A stretch of DNA of 22,938 nt from Planctomycetota bacterium (GTDB taxonomy: Bacteria; Planctomycetota; UBA8108; UBA1146), in the NCBI GenBank assembly GCA_036338595.1, contig JAYZBV010000068.1, positions 1 through 22,938 on the forward strand, in the 5' to 3' direction. The position numbers and the translations under genes were made by a program. The notes beneath the pieces are model-generated. The model had not been told where the DNA came from and ran no database searches. It saw only the letters and a list, made by a program, of their open reading frames with translations. Below are positions 7,693 to 17,012 of this stretch, one piece after another (within the stretch, counting starts at the first letter, position 1; each line of letters starts with the position of its first letter).

Positions 7693-9135
7693 TTGTCCAC
7701 CGAAAAGCCCACTCTGTTTCGCCAGAAGGCTCTCGAACACATCTCGACACCCGAACAACTGGATACGATGTTGCAGGTGCTTCCCAGACGGAACTGGATT
7801 CCGCTGCTGGTGGTCGGGCTCGGCTGTCTCGGTTTCGGTATCTGGTGCGTCTTTGGCCAGATTCCCGTCAATGTGCAGGCCAGCGGCATCATGGTCTATC
7901 CGGGACGCATCGTGCCGCTGCAGAGCCACTCGCAGGGGCAACTGCTGGTGCTCAATGTCAAGGTCGGTGACGAGGTATCCAGGGGACAGGTACTCGGGGA
8001 GGTCTATCAGCCGGAACTCTCGGAGCAGGAAGCGGTGGAGAAGGAACTGCTCGAAGAACTCAGAACCAAGATTTCCACCACGGAACCGCTGAGAAAATTC
8101 ACGCTTGAATCGGAAAAGAATTTCATCGAGGCCAAGCGGAGCTGGTATCAGCAGCGAATCGAGATCAACACCGAATTGGCCAATGCCCGTCATGCAGAAA
8201 GTGACCGGTACCTGTCTCGCCAATCGAGTCAGATGCTCGAATATCAATCCGATCTCGAGGTACTGGGGGGCTTCCTGGCGAAGAAACTCTCTGACTTCGA
8301 GGCGTTGACCGAACAGAAGATCTTTGCCGAGTACGATCAAGAGGTCACCGATACGCGCCAGGAATTGCTGAACAACAAGGTTGCCCTGTCCGAGTTGAAG
8401 TTGAAGCAGCAGGAGATCGAGTTTCAGCGACTCAAGTTCCTCGCTGAGCATCAGGTTCGCCTCGATGGCATCGAGGAACTGAAAAGAAACCTGGAAGAAC
8501 TCGGGGTCCAGAATGCGAGGCTGGATCAGGCAGAGTTGACCGCTGCAACGAAGACTCGCCTCGAACTGGCAGAGGCGCAGGGACGCCTTCAAAGACTGAC
8601 ACGGAGTCACTCTCATCAATCGACCATCGTCTCTCCCCACTCGGGAAAAGTGCTCGAACTGACCGTTTCGCCGGGCCAGGTGCTCACACAGGGGCAGCAA
8701 ATCGGGCTGATCGAGAGCACGGGCAGCCCTGACGGACTCGTTGCAGTGGCGTACTTTCCCGTCAAGGACGGCAAGAAGATCCAGTCTGGAATGAAGACTC
8801 GCATCACTCCGACAACCATCAAGCGTGAAAGGTATGGCAGCATCGTCGGCGATATTACCACTGTATCTTCGGTACCACGCTCGACCGATTCCATCGCTGC
8901 CATCGTCGGAAATCGAGAGCTGGCGATGAGTTTTGGTACCGGGGGATCGATGATCGAGGTTCGAAGCAGCCTGGAAGCGGCTGACGAGAATCCCAGTGGG
9001 TATCGATGGTCATCGGGCAAGGGTCCGGACATCTCGATCACTTCAGGGATGACGGTCACCGTCGATGCCACCATCGAGTACCGAAAACCGATCACGTTTC
9101 TGCTACCGTTCCTCCGTGACCTCGGTGGTAACTAG
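7693..9135 (+). CDS. NHLM/NHLP-type bacteriocin secretion membrane fusion protein (HlyD family, TIGR03794-like)
   Basis: N-terminal LFRQKALEHISTPEQLD motif, one transmembrane helix, long coiled coil, KRERYGSIVG and SGYRWSS motifs, KPITFLLP at the end. TTG start after GAGGAGG. Confidence 0.92.
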   Translation: MSTEKPTLFRQKALEHISTPEQLDTMLQVLPRRNWIPLLVVGLGCLGFGIWCVFGQIPVNVQASGIMVYPGRIVPLQSHSQGQLLVLNVKVGDEVSRGQVLGEVYQPELSEQEAVEKELLEELRTKISTTEPLRKFTLESEKNFIEAKRSWYQQRIEINTELANARHAESDRYLSRQSSQMLEYQSDLEVLGGFLAKKLSDFEALTEQKIFAEYDQEVTDTRQELLNNKVALSELKLKQQEIEFQRLKFLAEHQVRLDGIEELKRNLEELGVQNARLDQAELTAATKTRLELAEAQGRLQRLTRSHSHQSTIVSPHSGKVLELTVSPGQVLTQGQQIGLIESTGSPDGLVAVAYFPVKDGKKIQSGMKTRITPTTIKRERYGSIVGDITTVSSVPRSTDSIAAIVGNRELAMSFGTGGSMIEVRSSLEAADENPSGYRWSSGKGPDISITSGMTVTVDATIEYRKPITFLLPFLRDLGGN

Positions 9136-9141
9136 GTCAAC

Positions 9142-11325
9142 ATGGCAAGAGCGATCAACAAACGCGTCAGGACCCCAACTGTACTCCAACTGGAGGCGGT
9201 GGAGTGTGGTGCTGCATCGCTTGCGATGATCCTCGGCTATCACGGCAGAATAGAACCACTTGCGAAGTTGCGTCAGAATTGTGGTGTTTCGCGCGATGGC
9301 AGCAAGGCTGCCAATGTGCTTCGCGCTGCCCGTCGCTACGGTCTCGAGGCCAATGGGATCAAGGCCAGCGTCGATGCTCTCCGCGCCCAGAGGATGCCCT
9401 GTATCCTCTTCTGGGAGTTCAACCACTTCGTCGTACTCGAGGGCTTCAAGGATGACAGGGCCTACATCAATGATCCTGCGATGGGGCATCGAGTGATTCC
9501 CATTGCAGATTTCGAGCGCAGTTTCACGGGTGTTGCGCTGGCGATGAAACCGGGCGAGGAGTTCACCCGGGGAGGAAAGAAACCGAGCCTGGTGAGGGCC
9601 GTGAAGGAACGGTTGGCGGGCTCTGCACTGCCCATCGCCTTCTGCATCTTCATCGGCTTCTTGATGGTGATTCCGGGGATCCTCTTTCCGGTGCTGTTGC
9701 AGGTTTTTCTCGACGAGATCATCCTGGAAGGAAGAACGGACTGGGCACGGACCATCATGATGGCGATGTTTTTCGCCATCTTGATGGGGCTGGGTCTCAA
9801 GTACCTGCAATTGAATTCTCTGCGAAGACTTCGCTTGAATCTGACGATCAAACTTTCGAGCCAGTTCATGTGGCACCTCCTGCAGTTGCCCAATGAGTTC
9901 TATGTCCAGAGATTTGCAGGAGAGGTCGCCAACAGGAGCCAGTTGAATCAAGACCTGGCATCCGATCTCTCGGGACGGCTTGCCCAGACAGTCATCGATG
10001 TTGCGATGGCGGTACTCTATCTGACTGTGATGCTCTACTACGATGTCATGCTGACCTGTATCGGCATCTGCATCGCATTGCTCAACTTTTTCATCCTGAA
10101 GTGGATCTCTGCAAGCCGCATCGAGGCTTCGATGCGAGTGCTGCAGGAGTTCGGAAAAGCTGAAGGCACTGCGATGGCAGGCCTCAAGGGGATGGAGACG
10201 ATCAAGGCCAGTGGATTGGAAGCCGGATTCTATGAGAAGTGGTCGGGGTACTATTCGAAGGCGATCAATGCGCAGCAAAACCTGCAGGTGTCCAATGTGC
10301 TGCTGAGTACGATGCCTGCGATGCTCAGCGCTCTGGCGACGATACTCGTCATCATCGTGGGAGGCTTCAGGGTCATAGATGGGGTCATGACCATCGGAAT
10401 GCTCGTCGCGTTCCAGTCGCTGATGAGTTCCTTCCTGGGGCCGGTCGAGAATCTGCTCGATCTCGGCTCGATGACCCAGGAGATGCGAGGGGACCTCGAC
10501 CGGATCGACGATGTGCTGAAGTACCCCTTCGAGCGAAAGGAAGAGGAGACTCAGGACGCTGGCGATGGCGAAAAGACCTTCCTCACCGGAGAGATTCGCG
10601 TCGAGAACGTCTCCTTCGGCTACAACCCGCTCGAGCCGCCACTGCTGGAGGATCTGAGTCTTCACATCAAACCGGGAGATCGAGTGGCCCTCGTCGGAGG
10701 AAGTGGCTCGGGAAAATCGACGCTGGCGAAATTGATCTCTGGAGAACTGGTTCCCTGGAGCGGCGAGATCTATTTTGATGGAATATCCAGCACCGAACTG
10801 CCCAGGAATCTGTTCGTGAACTCGTTTTCCTTCATCAGCCAGGAGATCCTGCTCTTCAGTGGCACGGTTCGTGACAATCTGACGCTGTGGGATTCCACCG
10901 TCCCGGAGCAGGATCTGCAGCAAGCCTGCGAAGATGCTGCGATCCTCGACACCATCACTGAATTACCTGGCGGATTCGATGCGGATCTGATCGAGGGTGG
11001 AGACAACCTCAGCGGAGGACAGAAGCAGCGAATCGAGATCGCAAGAACCCTCGTGACAAATCCGACGATACTGATCCTCGATGAGGCGACCAGTGCACTC
11101 GATACGGAAACAGAGCGAATCGTGCTGGATCGGATGAGGATGAGAGGTTGCTCATCCATCTTCGTCTCGCACCGATTGAGCACCATCCGGGACTGCACAG
11201 AAATCATCGTACTCGAGCACGGTAAGGTTGTTGAGCGCGGCAACCATGATGAACTGTGGAACTCGGACGGTGCATACGCGGAACTGCTCAAGCTGGATGA
11301 CGAGTTCAAGGAGGAGAGCGCGTGA
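9142..11325 (+). CDS. NHLM-type ABC transporter with C39 peptidase, permease and ATPase domains (TIGR03796-like)
   Basis: TPTVLQLEAVECGAASL (catalytic Cys), WEFNHFVV (His) and INDP (Asp); CGVSRDGSKA; Walker A GGSGSGKST, signature LSGGQKQR, Walker B ILILDEATS. Confidence 0.95.
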   Translation: MARAINKRVRTPTVLQLEAVECGAASLAMILGYHGRIEPLAKLRQNCGVSRDGSKAANVLRAARRYGLEANGIKASVDALRAQRMPCILFWEFNHFVVLEGFKDDRAYINDPAMGHRVIPIADFERSFTGVALAMKPGEEFTRGGKKPSLVRAVKERLAGSALPIAFCIFIGFLMVIPGILFPVLLQVFLDEIILEGRTDWARTIMMAMFFAILMGLGLKYLQLNSLRRLRLNLTIKLSSQFMWHLLQLPNEFYVQRFAGEVANRSQLNQDLASDLSGRLAQTVIDVAMAVLYLTVMLYYDVMLTCIGICIALLNFFILKWISASRIEASMRVLQEFGKAEGTAMAGLKGMETIKASGLEAGFYEKWSGYYSKAINAQQNLQVSNVLLSTMPAMLSALATILVIIVGGFRVIDGVMTIGMLVAFQSLMSSFLGPVENLLDLGSMTQEMRGDLDRIDDVLKYPFERKEEETQDAGDGEKTFLTGEIRVENVSFGYNPLEPPLLEDLSLHIKPGDRVALVGGSGSGKSTLAKLISGELVPWSGEIYFDGISSTELPRNLFVNSFSFISQEILLFSGTVRDNLTLWDSTVPEQDLQQACEDAAILDTITELPGGFDADLIEGGDNLSGGQKQRIEIARTLVTNPTILILDEATSALDTETERIVLDRMRMRGCSSIFVSHRLSTIRDCTEIIVLEHGKVVERGNHDELWNSDGAYAELLKLDDEFKEESA

Positions 11326-14222
11326 TGAATCCAGAATCACAACTACTGGAGAAGAGCGGCACGATCAGGGTGGTTTCAGGCCACCTTGCGTTGCTGTTGA
11401 ATGATCCGGAGTTGATCTGGGTCGTCATCGACGGCCAGGGTGAGGTCGTATCCACCGATGTGAAAGATTCTCTGGCCACGGGTCGTCGCCGATTCATCTG
11501 TAATACGAGTGCGGGCGATGTTCTGTTTTCACTGCCTGCAGAGCACGCCACCGAAACACACGCTGCGATGCTGATTTCCCAGGAGTCCCTGCGGGTCATC
11601 GAGTTGCCGAGGGACCAGCTCGAATTTGCCGCATCCTCGATGGGACGCACTGCGATCGAGGCGATCGGGAACTGGGCGACCCGGATCTTCCCGCTGCTGG
11701 ATTCTGGATCTTCTCCCGCTTCCTGTGAGCGGGTCATCGCTGGAGACAGCCAGGTGCTCTCTCCTGGCTACAGGATCGCTCCGGCACCGGATCAGGAAGC
11801 ATGGATTCGAATTGGACAGGGTGAAGGCAATTTTGTCGGCAGCCATCGCGTGTCCTTCGAGGATGACCTGGTGCTCTCTCCCGCAGGAAGCTGGGTCGAG
11901 GCCACCGATGAGATGAAGTTCGAGGTGATGGACCCGTCCCTGGTCACCGAGGATGCCGCCTGGAATGCGCTGTATCGACTCCATGAAATCATCCAGCGCA
12001 AGAGATCAGAAGCCCGGTTACGTGAAGGAGAGATGAACCTGGAAAGGGTGCGGCAAAGGACTTCCATCGAGGAGAAGAAATCTGAACGCGCCCTGGCTCA
12101 GATGGCATCGGTCTTGAATCCGCAATCGACCCCTGCAGTCCATGGTGAAGATCTCTACTCCGTGATGAAACTGGTGGGGTCGGTGAAAGGGATCGAGATC
12201 TTGCCGATGGCAGACTCGACCGACATCGAGACGCTGAGCGACCCGGCAGAGGCGATCACCCGCGCTTCTCGAATCCAGTACCGCAGGGTCATGTTCAGGG
12301 GGAAGTGGTGGAAGAGCGATGTCGGCCCGCTGGTTGGCTACCTCACCGAGGACGGCAGACCCGTGGCGATCCTGCAGGACGCCAGGGGGCGCTACATGAT
12401 CCGTGACCCCAGAGATGACTCTTCCACGCCGGTGAGTGAGGAGACCGCTTCGCTGTTGCATCAGGATGCCATCGTCCTGATCCGATCTCTTGAAGAGGAT
12501 GAGAAGAGTCCCTTCGGCCTGATTGCGTTTTGCCTGAAGAACAAGTTTCCAGACATGGCCACATTCTTCCTGGCAGCGATGTTCCTCACGGTCCTGGGTA
12601 TGCTCATCCCTCAGGCGATGGCGATCGTTCTCGACAATGCGATCCCCAATTCCAATCCAAGACTGCTGATAGAACTCGGTGGAGCGCTGATCGCTGTTTC
12701 GCTGGGAATGACGATGCTGAGAGTCTTCCAGGCATTTGTCAGCATTCGACTCTCGGTGAGCACCGATTTCGATGCGCAATCGGCGATCTGGGATCGCCTG
12801 CTGCGGCTGAAGGTTTCCTTCTTCTCGCAGTACTCGACGGGGGACCTGTTGCAGCGAGTATCCGCAGCGCACGCCATCAGCCAGGAGTTCAGTGGTTCGA
12901 CGCTGCTGACCTTGATGACATCATTCATGGCACTGTTGAATGTTGCATTGCTGTTTTACTACAGTTCAAAACTGGCTCTCATGGCGATCGCCATCGCCAT
13001 CCTCGTTGCCATCGTCACGATGGTCGGAGGCGCACTGATCCGAAGGTATGCCAAGAAATTGATGGAGCAAGAGGGCGAATTGTTCGGTTTCGAGGTGCAA
13101 CTGATCAGTGCGGTCAGCAAGTTACGCGTTTCCGGTGCGGAAAGAAGAGCGTTTGCACTCTGGATGGAGCGAGTCGCTCGTCAGTTGAACCTGTCCAACA
13201 AGGTGCAAAGAGTTTCCGATGGGATGACCCTCTTCAATCAGGGCATTCCGATGCTGAGCACCTTGCTTCTCTTCATGCTTGCGATCCCGCTCGTCACGGA
13301 TCAGGGCCCGGCCGGGACGACCCTCTCGATCGGTATCTTCCTGGCCTTCAATACAGCTCTTGGCATCTTTCTCGGGGGAGCGCTGACATTGAGTTCGACC
13401 ATCGTCGGCTTCCTGGATACGACCGTTCTGGCAGGTCGAATGCAGCCTCTGCTGGAAGCCGAAATGGAAACGGTTTCCGCCAGTGTGGATCCCGGAAAAC
13501 TGAAGGGAGACATCGAGCTCTCGAGAATCCATTTCCGCTACTCCCCCGATGGCCCGAAAGTACTCGAGGATGTATCGATTCATGCAAAACCCGGCGAACT
13601 CATCGCACTGACAGGCACATCCGGTTGCGGAAAATCGACCTTGTTGAGATTGATGCTTGGATTCGAGACTCCTGAGAGCGGTGAAGTTCGCTTCGACGGG
13701 CAAGAGATCGATTCGATCGATGCGACGGCAGTTCGGCGTCAATTGGGAGTGGTCCTTCAATCGGGTCATCTTGCTGCTGGTTCCATCTTCGAAAATATCA
13801 CCGTTGGCGCCATTCATACCATGGAAGAAGCGTGGGAAGCTGCGCAGGAGGCGGGGATCGCAGACGATATCCGGGCGATGCCGATGGAGATGCACACTGT
13901 CGTCAGTGAAGGGGGCAGTAACCTGTCCGGCGGGCAAAGACAGAGACTCCTCATCAGCCGAGCCTTGATTCGAAGGCCCAAGATTCTGTTCCTCGACGAA
14001 GCAACCAGTGCGCTTGATAATCGTGCCCAGCAGATCGTCAACGACAGCCTCAAGAGAAGGCGCGTCACTCGCATCGTGATCGCGCACCGACTCAGTTCGA
14101 TTCGTGCTGCAGATTGCATCTATGTTCTCGATCGCGGCCGTGTTGTCGAGCAGGGGGATTACAGAGAGCTGGTCGCTGCCGGAGGAACATTTGCAGGTCT
14201 GGTCGCACGGCAGACCACATAG
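11322..14222 (+). CDS. Second NHLM-type ABC transporter, ATP-binding/permease with a long N-terminal region and degenerate C39-like domain (TIGR03797-like)
   Basis: Start overlaps the upstream stop (GTGATGA). ASRIQYRRV..WWKSDVGPL motif, transmembrane domain, Walker A GTSGCGKST, LSGGQRQR, LFLDEATSALD. Confidence 0.93.
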   Translation: MMNPESQLLEKSGTIRVVSGHLALLLNDPELIWVVIDGQGEVVSTDVKDSLATGRRRFICNTSAGDVLFSLPAEHATETHAAMLISQESLRVIELPRDQLEFAASSMGRTAIEAIGNWATRIFPLLDSGSSPASCERVIAGDSQVLSPGYRIAPAPDQEAWIRIGQGEGNFVGSHRVSFEDDLVLSPAGSWVEATDEMKFEVMDPSLVTEDAAWNALYRLHEIIQRKRSEARLREGEMNLERVRQRTSIEEKKSERALAQMASVLNPQSTPAVHGEDLYSVMKLVGSVKGIEILPMADSTDIETLSDPAEAITRASRIQYRRVMFRGKWWKSDVGPLVGYLTEDGRPVAILQDARGRYMIRDPRDDSSTPVSEETASLLHQDAIVLIRSLEEDEKSPFGLIAFCLKNKFPDMATFFLAAMFLTVLGMLIPQAMAIVLDNAIPNSNPRLLIELGGALIAVSLGMTMLRVFQAFVSIRLSVSTDFDAQSAIWDRLLRLKVSFFSQYSTGDLLQRVSAAHAISQEFSGSTLLTLMTSFMALLNVALLFYYSSKLALMAIAIAILVAIVTMVGGALIRRYAKKLMEQEGELFGFEVQLISAVSKLRVSGAERRAFALWMERVARQLNLSNKVQRVSDGMTLFNQGIPMLSTLLLFMLAIPLVTDQGPAGTTLSIGIFLAFNTALGIFLGGALTLSSTIVGFLDTTVLAGRMQPLLEAEMETVSASVDPGKLKGDIELSRIHFRYSPDGPKVLEDVSIHAKPGELIALTGTSGCGKSTLLRLMLGFETPESGEVRFDGQEIDSIDATAVRRQLGVVLQSGHLAAGSIFENITVGAIHTMEEAWEAAQEAGIADDIRAMPMEMHTVVSEGGSNLSGGQRQRLLISRALIRRPKILFLDEATSALDNRAQQIVNDSLKRRRVTRIVIAHRLSSIRAADCIYVLDRGRVVEQGDYRELVAAGGTFAGLVARQTT

Positions 14223-14231
14223 AGGCATCCG

Positions 14232-15098
14232 ATGAAGAGTTCAGAGCTTCAGTTCATCGATGGAGCGACCGGTTCTGAGCTGGAACGGCGAGGGGTCGAC
14301 CTTTCGCTTCCGCTCTGGTCGACGCGAGCTCTGATCGATGCCCCCGAGATTCTTGCTGATGTGCATCGCGATTATCTCACAGCAGGCTCCCAGGCCATCA
14401 CCACGGCTACCTTTCGAACCCATCGCAGATCTCTGGAGAAGGCGAAGATGGGGCATCGAGCGGCGGAATTGACGAGACGGGCGCTGGAGATCGCCCGTGA
14501 TGCTCGCGACGAGGTTTGTCCCGATGCGCTGGTACTCGGTTCGGTGGCACCGCTGGAGGATTGTTATCGCCCCGACCTGGTTCCAGATCCCGACAGTTGT
14601 CATCGCGAGCATGGTGAACTGATCGGAAACCTGATGAGTTCCGGTGCCGACCTGATCCTCATCGAGACGATGAATCATCTCGGCGAGGCGCGGGCGGCGA
14701 TGCAAGCGGCGCAGGAGATCGCCCCGGGGAGGTGGTGGATCAGTTTCTGCCTCGATGAGGATCACCCCGGAGTGCTGCTCAGCGGTGAAAGTCTAGCTTC
14801 GCTGGAGGAGCCACTTTCCGAAGCCAGTGCGGTTGGAGTGAACTGTGTTGCCGCCGGAGCGATGGAGAGCCAGGTTCGCTGGCTGCGAGATCTGCTGCCG
14901 ATCACGCCACTGCTCGCCTATGGCAACATCGGGTGCGCCGATGAGCACGGGAACTGGTTCTCCACAGACGCTGTCTCTCCTGGAGATTACCTCACGCATG
15001 CTCGTCGCTGGATCAAAGCGGGAGCGAATATCATCGGTGGCTGCTGCGGCACGACACCGGAACACATTCGGCTGCTGACAGGGGAACTTCATCAGTGA
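14232..15098 (+). CDS. Homocysteine S-methyltransferase family protein (MmuM/BHMT-like Zn-binding domain)
   Basis: DGATGSELERRG, LWS, HRDYLTAG, GSVAP, ETM, GVNC and IIGGCCGTTPEHI motifs; the three Zn-ligand Cys residues are present. Confidence 0.9.
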   Translation: MKSSELQFIDGATGSELERRGVDLSLPLWSTRALIDAPEILADVHRDYLTAGSQAITTATFRTHRRSLEKAKMGHRAAELTRRALEIARDARDEVCPDALVLGSVAPLEDCYRPDLVPDPDSCHREHGELIGNLMSSGADLILIETMNHLGEARAAMQAAQEIAPGRWWISFCLDEDHPGVLLSGESLASLEEPLSEASAVGVNCVAAGAMESQVRWLRDLLPITPLLAYGNIGCADEHGNWFSTDAVSPGDYLTHARRWIKAGANIIGGCCGTTPEHIRLLTGELHQ

Positions 15099-15229
15099 GT
15101 GAGAGTACCAGATCCATCGGAATGGGGTGTGGCGGCCCTGAAGCACCCTTACCGTCTCACCACTGACGCAGTGCAGATGATCATCGACGATCAATGGCTC
15201 ATGGATGCCAACTTCAGAAGGGCCGACAC

Positions 15230-16990
15230 ATGTCTGATATCGATGTAGCCGCAAAGCCGGTCCCCGATGCAGAATCGTCCAGAACATCCAGAATCGTCCT
15301 CCGGGAAGCCACCGAGGAAGATCGCGAGGAGATTTACCGCTCACGCCATGATGTGTATGCCGTCGAACTGGGTCAGCACCCACAGAACCCGGATGGTTTG
15401 CTGAAGAATCATCTGGATGAGTTCAATCGCTACTTCGTGGCGCTCATCGATGGGCAGATGGCTGGCTTCATCAGCGTCACTCCACCGGAGGGGGGAGAAT
15501 TCTCCCTCGATGGATACCTGGATCGGGAGCAGTGGCCCTTCGAGGATCGTGATCGGTTGTTCGAAGTTCGGCTGTTGACGGTGAACTCAAGACGGCGAGG
15601 TTCGCTACTGGCGACAGCGCTGATGTATGCCTCGTTTCGGGCAGTGGAAGCGAGCGGAGGAACCCGGTTGGTCGTCATCGGCCGCACCGAGGTGGCCTCC
15701 ATCTATCGCAGTAGCGGATATCAGGACCATGGCGTCGAACTGGTCAGGGGAGACGTGACCTTTCGGCTGATGAGTGCCACCGTCGATCAAGTCAGGCAGC
15801 AGGTCGAGAATCGATCGCAACTACTGTCGCGGATCGAGCAGGCGGTCGACTGGCAACTGCCGGTACCGCTGAGAAAGCCTGCGGCTTGCTTTCATGGCGG
15901 CGGCTTTTTCAACGATGTGGGGGATGGTTTCCAGACTCTTTCGCGACGGCAGGAGATCATCAATGCGGATGTACTCGATGCCTGGTTCCCTGCCGCTCCC
16001 GGGGTGATTTCCACTCTCTCCGAGCACCTCGACTGGCTGGTTCGAACATCGCCTCCGACCGGTTGCGAGGGACTGGTCGCGGCGATCGCTGCTGCGCGGG
16101 GTGTGCCAGAGACGTGTATCTTGCCGGGGGCGGGGTCATCCGATCTGATCTTTCTCGCCTTCAACCAGTGGCTCGAGTCATCGAGCCGGGTGTTGTTGCT
16201 CGATCCAACCTATGGCGAGTACTTCCATGTCTGTGAACAGGTGCTGCGCTGTCAGGTGGATCGCTTCTCGCTGCGACGAGAAGAGGGCTTCGAGGTCGAT
16301 GGCGAAAAGTTGCAGGAACAACTCGCGGATGGGAATTACGACCTGGTAGTGGTGGTCAATCCCAACAGTCCCACCGGCCGTCATCTTCCGCTGAGAGAGT
16401 TAAAGTCGATCATCGAGACAACAGCACAATCCACTCGCTTCTGGATCGATGAGACCTACATCGAGTACGTCGGCAGCGAGCATTCGCTGGAACGGTTTGG
16501 CTGCCAGCGAAGAAACGTGGTGGTTTGCAAGTCGATGTCGAAGGGGTACGCGCTGTCGGGTGTGCGATCGGCATATCTCTGTGCGTCACCCGAACTGCTC
16601 GAACCGTTGCGAGCCTTGACTCCGCCGTGGGCGGTCAGTTTGCCGGGTCAAGTGGCAGCGGTGAAGGCACTCGAGGATCCACAGTATTACCAGACGCAAT
16701 ATCAGGCGACCGCGATGGCACGCGAATCGATGGCCCGAGACCTGCAAGAACTGGGGCTCGAGGTGATTCCATCGGTGGCTAACTTCTTGCTGACCTTTCT
16801 TCCCCCCGATGGGCCGACCGCGGCACAGGTCATCGAACGGTGCCGCCAGTCAGGAGTTCATCTGAGGGATGCCAGCAACATGGGAAGTGCCCTGGGAACC
16901 CATTCGCTCAGGACTGCGGTCAAGTCGCCGCAGCAGAACCAGCAGATCGTGAAAGCCATCGCCGGGGCGCTGTCGCCTGCACAGGCCTGA
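15230..16990 (+). CDS. Fusion of an N-terminal GNAT-fold acyltransferase and a class I/II PLP aminotransferase/decarboxylase (HisC/CobD-like)
   Basis: N-terminal REEIYRSRHDVYAVELG, AGFISVTPP and EVRLLTV..RRGS. C-terminal GAGSSDLI, PTYGEY, VNPNSPTG, IDETY and KSMSKGYALSGVR (PLP lysine). Probable start is the ATG at 15230; the track gives 15194. Confidence 0.85.
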   Translation: MSDIDVAAKPVPDAESSRTSRIVLREATEEDREEIYRSRHDVYAVELGQHPQNPDGLLKNHLDEFNRYFVALIDGQMAGFISVTPPEGGEFSLDGYLDREQWPFEDRDRLFEVRLLTVNSRRRGSLLATALMYASFRAVEASGGTRLVVIGRTEVASIYRSSGYQDHGVELVRGDVTFRLMSATVDQVRQQVENRSQLLSRIEQAVDWQLPVPLRKPAACFHGGGFFNDVGDGFQTLSRRQEIINADVLDAWFPAAPGVISTLSEHLDWLVRTSPPTGCEGLVAAIAAARGVPETCILPGAGSSDLIFLAFNQWLESSSRVLLLDPTYGEYFHVCEQVLRCQVDRFSLRREEGFEVDGEKLQEQLADGNYDLVVVVNPNSPTGRHLPLRELKSIIETTAQSTRFWIDETYIEYVGSEHSLERFGCQRRNVVVCKSMSKGYALSGVRSAYLCASPELLEPLRALTPPWAVSLPGQVAAVKALEDPQYYQTQYQATAMARESMARDLQELGLEVIPSVANFLLTFLPPDGPTAAQVIERCRQSGVHLRDASNMGSALGTHSLRTAVKSPQQNQQIVKAIAGALSPAQA

Positions 16991-17012
16991 TCGAGTTCAC
17001 GCCTGTTCGAGT

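Noticed and set aside
9103..10923. 606-aa minus-strand ORF, plus other long antisense or off-frame ORFs (1135..2346, 7666..8700, 12530..13675, 13122..14228, 17618..18541)
   Set aside because: They overlap well-supported genes and carry no recognisable motifs; such shadow ORFs are expected in GC-rich DNA.
15121..15160. TPP- or SAM-riboswitch-like reading of GGGGTG...CTGA...ACCCTT
   Set aside because: Missing CUGAGA and GAACCUGAU cores of TPP and no SAM/SAH consensus.
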